Virus record (IMG/VR): IMGVR_UViG_3300033153_012907
DNA length: 24,406 bases
Origin: a virus
Reading direction: 5' to 3' (one strand)
Below are positions 8,649-14,807 of the stretch, one piece after another. Under the pieces are notes generated by a model. It saw only the letters and a list, made by a program, of their open reading frames with translations. It was not told the origin of the DNA and did not search any database. Both the position numbers and the translations under genes were made by a program. How positions within the stretch are numbered: the stretch's first letter is position 1; every line of letters begins with the position of its first letter.

Positions 8649-9170
8649 ATGACATACTCCCAAATGGAAAAACAAAAAACACAACAAGATATAGAATTTA
8701 CTTATTTATTACAACCACCAAAGAAATGGACTTTTGAACAACCAAAATTAAGAAAATGGATTGAAGAACATTGTAAGGGAAAAGTATTAAATTTATTTGC
8801 AGGGAAAACTAAACTTAATGTTGATGAATATAGGATTGATAGCAGTAATGAATTCCGTCCAGACCATTTAGGAGATGCTTTAGTTGATACAATTATTTTA
8901 GACCCTCCATATTCATTAAGAAAATCTTATGAAAAATATAAGGGGCATTATATTGGTTCAAGTTGGACACAAATCAGAAGAGCAGTTCCAAGAGTTTGTA
9001 ATAAAGATGCGATAGTAATTTCATTAGGTTATAATTCACAAGGTATGAGCAGAACATTAGGATTTGAGAAAATAGCAATTCTTTTAATTTGTCATAATGG
9101 AGACCATAATGATACAATAGTAACTTTAGAAAAACTAAAAAAGGAGGTTCGCAATTCCTCCCAACCCTAA
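8649..9170 (+). CDS. orphan DNA N6-adenine methyltransferase-like protein
   Basis: VLNLFAG SAM-binding motif; IILDPPY catalytic motif. The segment between GDAL and DTIILDPPY looks short. The C-terminus KEVRNSSQP* is supplied by a repeat. Confidence 0.8.
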   Translation: MTYSQMEKQKTQQDIEFTYLLQPPKKWTFEQPKLRKWIEEHCKGKVLNLFAGKTKLNVDEYRIDSSNEFRPDHLGDALVDTIILDPPYSLRKSYEKYKGHYIGSSWTQIRRAVPRVCNKDAIVISLGYNSQGMSRTLGFEKIAILLICHNGDHNDTIVTLEKLKKEVRNSSQP

Positions 9171-9185
9171 AGGGGAGGATATCTT
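9140..9185. repeat. palindromic repeat copy 1 (IS200/IS605-end-like)
   Basis: AAAGGAGGTTCGCAATTCCTCCCAA (9140-9164) is identical to 9807-9831. TCCTCCC (9156-9162) pairs with GGGAGGA (9173-9179). Confidence 0.75.
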
Positions 9186-9192
9186 AAAGAAA

Positions 9193-9837
9193 ATGGCAAA
9201 GAAACAAAAAACATTAACAGGAACTTCATTAGTTGGAGATTCAGTGAACAGGGAAAGAGTTAAAGAAGATTATTATGCAACCCCAAAAGAAGCAACAGAA
9301 TCATTATTAAATACCCTTGATTTATCAGAGTGCGAATCTTTTTATGAACCTGCTTGTGGTGAAGGGCATATCTCAAAAGTATTAAAAAAGTTTTATCCCA
9401 ATGCAGATATTTATTCAACAGATTTAATTGATAGAGGATTTGGTGTTGGAAATATTGATTTTTTAAAATTAGATAATTATACAAGAAAGTTTGATTGTAT
9501 AATTACAAATCCTCCATTTAAGTTATCGCAAGAGTTTATAGAGAAAGGATTAAAACTTTCAAATAAGTATGTGATTATGTTTGCTAAAATACAACTTTTA
9601 GAAGGAGTAGCAAGGAGAAAACTATTTGATAAATATACTCCAAAATATATTTATGTTTTTACAGAGAGAGTTAATCCTTTAAGAAATGGAAGTCCTGTTG
9701 ATGAGAATGGAAAAAAGTGGGCTTCTACTATGTGCTTTGCTTGGTTTGTATGGGAGATTGGATTTTCAGGGGAACCAATTATTAGATGGTTAAACTTAAC
9801 TAAACTAAAGGAGGTTCGCAATTCCTCCCAAGCTTAA
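9193..9837 (+). CDS. orphan DNA N6-adenine methyltransferase (phage NPPF family)
   Basis: DYYATP; FYEPACGEGHIS; IITNPPF; LLEGVARRKLF; CFAWFVWE. The C-terminus KEVRNSSQA* is supplied by a repeat. Confidence 0.9.
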   Translation: MAKKQKTLTGTSLVGDSVNRERVKEDYYATPKEATESLLNTLDLSECESFYEPACGEGHISKVLKKFYPNADIYSTDLIDRGFGVGNIDFLKLDNYTRKFDCIITNPPFKLSQEFIEKGLKLSNKYVIMFAKIQLLEGVARRKLFDKYTPKYIYVFTERVNPLRNGSPVDENGKKWASTMCFAWFVWEIGFSGEPIIRWLNLTKLKEVRNSSQA

Positions 9838-9853
9838 AAGGATTGGATATCCT
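9807..9853. repeat. palindromic repeat copy 2 (IS200/IS605-end-like)
   Basis: 25-bp identity with 9140-9164, then a diverged hairpin ending GGATATCCTT. Confidence 0.75.
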
Positions 9854-9993
9854 TATTACATTTATATGAAAAAACTAATCCAGTTAATTTAAAATGAAAA
9901 ATCTACAAAAAAATAATGGTAAAAAGAAATCAGATAACAAATTGGACAAAAAATTAAATTTCGGGAGGTTAACTTCCGAGCGAGGACACAGAA

Positions 9994-10194
9994 ATGAATG
10001 CTGTAATACTTAGAGAACTCTGGTCAAGGTCAGGGTCATTATCAGGGTCAGGGTCATGGTCAGGGTCATGGTCATGGTCATGGTCAGGGTCATGGTCATT
10101 GTCAGGGTCAGGGTCATTATCAGGGTCAGGGTCATGGTCAGGGTCATGGTCATGGTCAAGGTCATGGTCAAGGTCAAGGTCAAGGTCATGGTAA
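9994..10194 (+). CDS. (Ser-X)n peptide copy 1, [10 protein letters not shown] leader, X = W/G/R/L
   Basis: ATG with GAGG upstream; non-repetitive 10-aa leader identical to copy 3; all Ser encoded by TCA. Confidence 0.6.
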   Translation: MNAVILRELWSRSGSLSGSGSWSGSWSWSWSGSWSLSGSGSLSGSGSWSGSWSWSRSWSRSRSRSW

Positions 10195-10221
10195 AATTTA
10201 ATTAAATTTCGGGAGGTTAAA

Positions 10222-10446
10222 ATGAAGAAGGATTTAAACAAATTAAGTTTTCAAGAACTTAAAAAACAAATAGAAGAACTTGATAAAAAGAAAGAATCAG
10301 TTGGTAAAATTCAGGTTAAAGAAAGTCCTTTAGTAATCGGAGAAAATTACTTGATAAGAACTGTAACTATGATTTACACTGGGAAATTAGTAAGAGTGTT
10401 TGATAAAGAACTTGTATTTGTAAGTGCTTCTTGGATTCCAGCTTAG
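10222..10446 (+). pseudogene. 3'-truncated Sm/Hfq-like (SH3-type barrel) protein
   Basis: Strong [43 protein letters not shown] follows the Sm1 pattern (G..V.I.......Y.GKL..fD..LV...A). It breaks at 10441, where it joins the repeat-peptide leader and stops at once. Confidence 0.6.
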
Positions 10447-10627
10447 AGAACTCTGGTCAAGGTCAAGGTCATGGTCATGGTCATGGTCAAGGTCATGGTC
10501 AGGGTCATTGTCAAGGTCATGGTCAGGGTCATGGTCATGGTCAGGGTCATGGTCAGGGTCAGGGTCATTGTCAAGGTCATGGTCAGGGTCATGGTCATGG
10601 TCAGGGTCAGGGTCAAGGTCATGGTAA
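10424..10627 (+). CDS. (Ser-X)n peptide copy 2, ATG leader lost, in-frame GTG upstream
   Basis: LRELW plus 28 Ser-X pairs; could only start at the GTG at 10424. Confidence 0.35.
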   Translation: MLLGFQLRELWSRSRSWSWSWSRSWSGSLSRSWSGSWSWSGSWSGSGSLSRSWSGSWSWSGSGSRSW

Positions 10628-10674
10628 AATTTAATTAAATTTCGGGAGGTTAACTTCCGAGCGAGGACACAGAA

Positions 10675-10863
10675 ATGAATGCTGTAATACTTAGAGAACT
10701 CTGGTTAAGGTCAGGGTCATGGTCATGGTCAAGGTCATGGTCAGGGTCATTGTCATGGTCATGGTCAGGGTCATGGTCATGGTCAGGGTCATGGTCAGGG
10801 TCAAGGTCAGGGTCAAGGTCATGGTCAGGGTCATGGTCATGGTCAGGGTCAGGGTCATGGTAA
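10675..10863 (+). CDS. (Ser-X)n peptide copy 3
   Basis: Same leader and upstream sequence as copy 1; 26 units in a different order. Confidence 0.6.
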   Translation: MNAVILRELWLRSGSWSWSRSWSGSLSWSWSGSWSWSGSWSGSRSGSRSWSGSWSWSGSGSW

Positions 10864-11057
10864 ATTATTTTCACCATAAATTTGAAAAATGATACCAAAA
10901 AGATGTAAGAGATGTAACAAGCTTGTGCATTAAAAGTTTATTATGAAAATCAGAGAAAAGAACGACAAAAAAAATCAAAACCTAACACAACAAAATCAAT
11001 TAATGTGTGATGAAGAGATAGAAGAGATGGAAAATTTAGTAAAAAAAAGTTTGGAAA

Positions 11058-11171
11058 ATGAGAATAAAGAAAAAAACAAAACCCTGCCCTGTTTGTAAAT
11101 CTACAAGAACGATAGTTACAAAAGAAGGTATGAGATGTAAAAGGTGTGGTTATTTTAATAAAAGATTTTAA
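11058..11171 (+). CDS. zinc-ribbon microprotein, 37 aa
   Basis: MRIKKKTKPCPVCKS...GMRCKRCGY contains CxxC...CxxC. Confidence 0.7.
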   Translation: MRIKKKTKPCPVCKSTRTIVTKEGMRCKRCGYFNKRF

Positions 11172-11185
11172 TAAAAGATGATAAA

Positions 11186-11317
11186 AAGGGTTTTGATTGT
11201 AGGGTTTTCGCTTAATTAAATTATTTGATGAGATATTCATTTATCCAACCTCACCGAAAGGATTATATAAAACCCTTTGAAATCCAATTTTGTTTGGATG
11301 ATGTAATCAAAACACTT
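11186..11317 (+). ncRNA. candidate structured RNA or leader (multi-stem)
   Basis: P1: 11186-11200 with 11303-11317 (14 of 15 pairs, two G-U). P2: AGGGTTTT (11201-11208) with AAAACCCT (11269-11276). Hairpin ATCCAA/TTGGAT (11282-11299). Confidence 0.4.
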
Positions 11318-11342
11318 AAAAATCATAAAAAAACTATAAAAA

Positions 11343-11618
11343 ATGAAGAAGCCAACAACAATAGCAATATCTAAAGAATTTTTAATTGAATTAAATCAAT
11401 TAAAAAAATTACATAATTTTTCAAATAAAGAAAATCTTATTAAATGTTTTAAAAGAGCTTGGGAAGAAAATATAAAATTAAAGAGGTTGAAAGAACTTAG
11501 AAACTATACGGGGCAAGATATTAATAAAGCAGAAGATTTTTCTGAGAAACTTAATAAAATATTAAATCAAAATCAAACAATCGCAAAGGCTATTTTAAAG
11601 CATGCATTGTTACCTTAG
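11343..11618 (+). CDS. ribbon-helix-helix/CopG-like DNA-binding protein with coiled-coil tail
   Basis: N-terminal TTIAISKEFLIELNQLKK....SNKENLI matches the RHH beta-alpha-alpha pattern. Confidence 0.65.
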   Translation: MKKPTTIAISKEFLIELNQLKKLHNFSNKENLIKCFKRAWEENIKLKRLKELRNYTGQDINKAEDFSEKLNKILNQNQTIAKAILKHALLP

Positions 11619-11723
11619 AGGGTGCATTTTATTGCCTGATGTTTTCTTATGAAATTATAAAATATTTCATAGCCCTTCATAATTGTGTTTGCAGAATCAA
11701 TATACCAATCGTTTTTGGCGTAC

Positions 11724-11790
11724 GAAACATTTAAATAAATAAAATACATAATATATATGTATTTTATGTGATACATAGATTACATAAAAT
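11724..11790 (+). promoter_or_regulatory. BRE+TATA promoter with two overlapping operator-like palindromes
   Basis: GAAACA-TTTAAATA (11724-11737). TAAAATACAT-N7-ATGTATTTTA (11740-11766). ATTTTATGT-N12-ACATAAAAT (11761-11790). Confidence 0.7.
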
Positions 11791-11822
11791 TTAAAAGGTA
11801 GGAAAACTTAAAGAAAATTCTT

Positions 11823-11959
11823 ATGGATTTTTATGAAGAAAATAAATCACAATTTGAAAAATTACCAATATTCTAAAAAAAGATTATGGCATATTAAGAA
11901 GTCCACCAATAATAAAAATTTATTTAGAAGAATTAGTTAAAGAGTTAATCCCAGAATAA
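11823..11959 (+). pseudogene. small ORF with an apparent 1-nt loss in an A5 run
   Basis: Adding one A at 11857-11861 gives MDFYEENKSQFEKITNILKKDYGILRSPPIIKIYLEELVKELIPE*, whose stop lies 2 nt before the next ATG. Confidence 0.5.
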
Positions 11960-11961
11960 AA

Positions 11962-12092
11962 ATGGCAAAAAAATATGGTAAGAAAACTACACAAACCCCC
12001 ACAAGAAGAAGAATAACATTCAAAGCAAGAACTCCAAGTGGGAGAAAAAAACTGTTACTTTTTTAGTTAGGAAAAAAAGAAGGAAAAAATAA
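11962..12092 (+). CDS. very basic microprotein (needs -1 shift at A7 run 12045-12051)
   Basis: MAKKYGKKTTQTPTRRRITFKARTPSGRKK, then after a -1 shift TVTFLVRKKRRKK*. Without the shift it ends ...RKKLLLF* at 12066. Confidence 0.55.
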
Positions 12093-12115
12093 ATTTTTTC
12101 ACTAAATTTTAAAGC

Positions 12116-12129
12116 AAAACATTTAAATA
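12116..12129 (+). promoter_or_regulatory. archaeal BRE+TATA promoter, leaderless
   Basis: CAAAACA-TTTAAATA; the TATA box ends 21 nt before the ATG at 12151. Confidence 0.75.
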
Positions 12130-12150
12130 TAGGTATTACTACAATACAAC

Positions 12151-12285
12151 ATGCCCTCACAAACAATTTATATTAAAAAAGAATTCTGGGATAAAGTTAA
12201 GGAAAAACCAAGTGAAATAGTCAATAAAGCATTAAAGTTTTATTTTAAAAGTTTGAAAGGAGGTAAAAATGAAAAGAAGAAATAA
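12151..12285 (+). CDS. RHH-like microprotein, 44 aa
   Basis: MPSQTIYIKKEFWDKVKEKPSEIVNKALKFYFK: beta-strand then helix, with the SEIVNKAL second helix. Confidence 0.7.
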   Translation: MPSQTIYIKKEFWDKVKEKPSEIVNKALKFYFKSLKGGKNEKKK

Positions 12286-13018
12286 AAAATTGCTATCTGG
12301 GATGGTTTTACCACTTATTGTTGCTGTGGTTTTAGTAAGTGCTTTTGTTTTAGTATCTTATGGTTTTGTTGAACAAGAAATTGAAGTAAAAACTCCAATT
12401 GAAGTTAGTCAAGAATCAGAAGACACAATAACTACTTGGCTTGGAGAAGAAACACAAGTTAAAGGAAGTCCAATAACAATAGATAATGTAGTTCCTTTAG
12501 AAGATGATTTTAGTAAAGATATTGAAGTTAGAATAAGTAATGACAATGAAGAAGAAGGAATTTCTGTTGTTTATTTAGCAAAATTAGAATTGTATTCTAA
12601 AAATACTGAAACTTGGGAAGAAGTTGGAGACCCAAAAGAAATCCTTTATACAGTAATAGGAGAAGAATTTATCGTAGAAAATGATAATGAAGGATTAATG
12701 GTAATAAATTATATTGAACCATCAGACCCATACACTGGTGCATTTAGGTTACCAGAAGATATCACAACAAGTTTTGTTGATGAAAAACTTTGGTTGGTTC
12801 CAGAAGATTCTGATTTAGATGATGATAATGCATTAGATAGTTGGACACCTGCAGAATACAAGTTTGAACATGAGTTAGTCAGTTATACAAAAGGAGACAC
12901 AGGAGTAATCATAATTCCTGAAGGTTCATCAATTACAATAATTCCATTATATATTGTTGAAGTTGAAGAAGCAATTGAAGATTTAACTATAACCACAACA
13001 GTTAACAATATAGAATAA
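12269..13018 (+). CDS. secreted/anchored acidic beta-rich protein, possibly TasA/SipW-cognate-like
   Basis: SD GGAGGT; basic-then-hydrophobic signal. KLWLVP..SD.......W.P.EY.FE..LVSY recalls TasA-like proteins of archaea/CPR (from memory, unverified). Confidence 0.6.
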   Translation: MKRRNKKLLSGMVLPLIVAVVLVSAFVLVSYGFVEQEIEVKTPIEVSQESEDTITTWLGEETQVKGSPITIDNVVPLEDDFSKDIEVRISNDNEEEGISVVYLAKLELYSKNTETWEEVGDPKEILYTVIGEEFIVENDNEGLMVINYIEPSDPYTGAFRLPEDITTSFVDEKLWLVPEDSDLDDDNALDSWTPAEYKFEHELVSYTKGDTGVIIIPEGSSITIIPLYIVEVEEAIEDLTITTTVNNIE

Positions 13019-13032
13019 ACCAAATATCTTAA

Positions 13033-13053
13033 TTTTTTTTATTTTTTTTATTT
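13033..13053 (+). terminator. archaeal oligo-T terminator
   Basis: T8-A-T8 tract starting 15 nt after the stop at 13018. Confidence 0.6.
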
Positions 13054-13088
13054 AGAGAAAAAAAAGGAAATTATATTAAATATAAGAA

Positions 13089-13631
13089 ATGGATAAAATT
13101 AAGATAGGATTAATATTTGGATATATTGGAATTTTAGTTTTACTTAATTCTATTTTTGCAGAAACAATTTATGCTGGAAAATGTAATTCAATAGAGTTCC
13201 CAAATACAGACCCTGTGAAGTTTTTTGTAGAAGGAAATTCAAGTAATATGGAGGGGTTTACATTTAATAAAATAGGAACAAATATAACTTATTGTTTCCA
13301 TATATTGTATAAACCGGATAATTTCACAATAACTTTCTACAATTATCAATCTGTAACTACAAATGGAGGCTCTTCATTAAGTGGGGGAGGTATTTGTAGA
13401 TATAATAAAAATTTTAACTGGAATTGTTCTGAATGGGGTGGGTGTTCTAATGGAACAAAAGTGAGAATTTGTAAGGCTTATAATAACTGCCACACTACTT
13501 ATGGAAAACCAAACGAGACATTAAATTGTTCAGTTGTTCAGAACACCACAGAACCAATTATTTTAGTGCCTGAAGAAAAGTTAAGTTTATTTAGAAGAAT
13601 AATTAACTTCTTAAAAAGATATTTTAGATAG
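13089..13631 (+). CDS. surface glycoprotein with thrombospondin-like Cys-rich module
   Basis: Signal peptide. WNCSEWGGCSNGTKVRICKAYNNC...KPNETLNC is a TSP1-like motif of the kind common in DPANN surface proteins. Eight N-x-S/T sequons. Confidence 0.75.
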   Translation: MDKIKIGLIFGYIGILVLLNSIFAETIYAGKCNSIEFPNTDPVKFFVEGNSSNMEGFTFNKIGTNITYCFHILYKPDNFTITFYNYQSVTTNGGSSLSGGGICRYNKNFNWNCSEWGGCSNGTKVRICKAYNNCHTTYGKPNETLNCSVVQNTTEPIILVPEEKLSLFRRIINFLKRYFR

Positions 13632-13644
13632 AAACCTTTATAAA
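13631..13644 (+). promoter_or_regulatory. archaeal BRE+TATA promoter, leaderless
   Basis: GAAACC-TTTATAAA; the TATA box ends 23 nt before the ATG at 13668. Confidence 0.75.
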
Positions 13645-13667
13645 CTATATTCTATATAATATAGTAA

Positions 13668-13970
13668 ATGGTAATAACAACTTTAATAGGAAGGACAGAG
13701 TGGATAGAAAAAAATAAAAATAATTTGTTTGATGCCCTTACCCCTTCTATTAAATACCTCCTTCTAGTTTTAAATAAGAATAAGAATTTTAACAATTTAA
13801 ATAAGAAAGCTCGTATTTTAAAAATTTCTTATTCTTTTCTTAATAGTCAAATGAGATTATTAGTGGATTTAGGATTAGTAATAAAAGAGATAAGGGGGAG
13901 GACTAGCTATTACATGGTAACAAAAAAAGGAGAAAATTTTTGTGAGGAAATTTTTCATAAACTAAAGTAA
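13668..13970 (+). CDS. archaeal winged-helix regulator (MarR/ArsR-like)
   Basis: ISYSFLNSQMRLLVDLGLVIKEIRGRTSYYMVTKKG: recognition helix, wing and the Y..T.KG motif. Confidence 0.8.
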   Translation: MVITTLIGRTEWIEKNKNNLFDALTPSIKYLLLVLNKNKNFNNLNKKARILKISYSFLNSQMRLLVDLGLVIKEIRGRTSYYMVTKKGENFCEEIFHKLK

Positions 13971-13973
13971 CAC

Positions 13974-14007
13974 ATTCCCAACCGACTAAAAAGTCGGGGG
14001 CTTTTTG
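13974..14007. repeat. palindromic element (third IS200/IS605-end-like hairpin, or terminator)
   Basis: ATTCCCAA-CCGACT-AAAA-AGTCGG-GGGCTTTTTG, directly after a stop codon. Confidence 0.5.
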
Positions 14008-14116
14008 GAGTTGAGTGAGGGTTAAGGAGAGAGTATGAGTATGATATTTATAATTGTCCTGAAGAACTTAAAGGACAATTAACAATCGGAGATTTTTCAA
14101 ATGATTAAAAAAAGAA

Positions 14117-14299
14117 ATGAAAAAATTAGAACCTTATGTTGAATATCATGGGCAAATCCCAACATTATTCGGAGGTAATGATGAAAAGTTTTTTGAATAT
14201 ACCGAAAATAGAACTAAAATCAAAACATTAAAGGAAGTTTTGAAGTTATTAAAAACTGATAAAACTAAAGAAGATATTATTAAGGAGATTAAAGGATAA
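14117..14299 (+). CDS. hypothetical protein
   Basis: ORF track; coupled to the next gene. Confidence 0.55.
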   Translation: MKKLEPYVEYHGQIPTLFGGNDEKFFEYTENRTKIKTLKEVLKLLKTDKTKEDIIKEIKG

Positions 14300-14300
14300 A

Positions 14301-14528
14301 ATGAAACTAAAAATTTATGGTACACATGGGATATTCTCTTACATCTTAACAGCAATAACATCTTGGATGTTTGGAATTTTTATTATAATTAGAAATCCAA
14401 ATATTTTTGGTGTAATCATCTTTATTTCCTTTATTTTAGCTGGAATATATTTTGGGTCAGTGGCTGGAAAACCTTACAATCGTATAATTACTTGTGAAAA
14501 ATATGAGGTAATTAAGAATGAAATGTAA
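14301..14528 (+). CDS. two-TM membrane protein
   Basis: Two hydrophobic helices. Confidence 0.65.
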   Translation: MKLKIYGTHGIFSYILTAITSWMFGIFIIIRNPNIFGVIIFISFILAGIYFGSVAGKPYNRIITCEKYEVIKNEM

Positions 14529-14618
14529 AACTTGTAAGGAGGAAATATTAGGAAATCCAAAATTTATTTTGGAACAAATGACAATGATAGGATATGAAAA
14601 TGGATTCCTTATTGACTT

Positions 14619-14807
14619 ATGAAAAGAAATTTTCAAAGAGGATGTCAGCATAAAAGACTGAAAAAATGGTATCCTTATGGAAAAAAATCAAAACCAGTTA
14701 TAAAGTGCAAAGATTGTAATTCGCTTATAACCTTGCTTCAATTAAGAAAATTAAGAAAATCAAAAGAAGAGAGAATGAGGAAAAATGGAAGAAAAAGAAA
14801 AATTTAA
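14619..14807 (+). CDS. basic zinc-finger-like protein
   Basis: CQH...CKDC; Lys/Arg-rich. Confidence 0.6.
   Translation: MKRNFQRGCQHKRLKKWYPYGKKSKPVIKCKDCNSLITLLQLRKLRKSKEERMRKNGRKRKI

Larger units (their letters stand above)
9952..10863 (+). repeat. three-copy locus: 21-bp RBS-containing repeat plus GGTCAN hexamer arrays
   Basis: AATTAAATTTCGGGAGGTTAA at 9952, 10200 and 10633. CTTAGAGAACTCTGGT at 10009, 10442 and 10690. Hexamer arrays of 28, 28 and 26 units at about 10021-10191, 10454-10624 and 10702-10860. Confidence 0.95.

Noticed and set aside
9260-9484. Nested + strand ORF inside the NPPF methyltransferase
   Set aside because: Out-of-frame overlap, TTG start and no motif.
10431-10634. 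His/Gln-Gly-rich ORF (GQGHGHG) as a metal-binding peptide
   Set aside because: It is an alternative frame of the hexamer array. In copies 1 and 3 this frame has a stop (TAA at 10004-10006 and its equivalent) and no start before the array, whereas the Ser-X frame has a conserved ATG leader.
9952-10653. CRISPR array from the 21-bp repeat
   Set aside because: Only three copies, separated by about 230-410 bp of coding/repeat sequence; the repeat contains an SD; no cas genes.
9952-10863. Diversity-generating retroelement TR/VR
   Set aside because: No reverse transcriptase in the window. The A of every TCA is invariant, which adenine-specific mutagenesis would not leave, and array lengths differ.
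9969-10898. Minus-strand Asp-His/Pro repeat ORFs (9969-10241, 10650-10898)
   Set aside because: Shadow frames of the hexamer repeat; antisense to the operon, with no promoter or RBS support.
11225-11290. Hammerhead ribozyme (UGAUGAG...CGAAA)
   Set aside because: The core starts UUGA rather than CUGA, stem II does not pair, and the A15.1 partner is A rather than U (no NUH triplet).
9140-14007. Complete IS200/IS605 transposon
   Set aside because: No TnpA, TnpB or IscB ORF lies between or near the palindromes; only end-like motifs are present.
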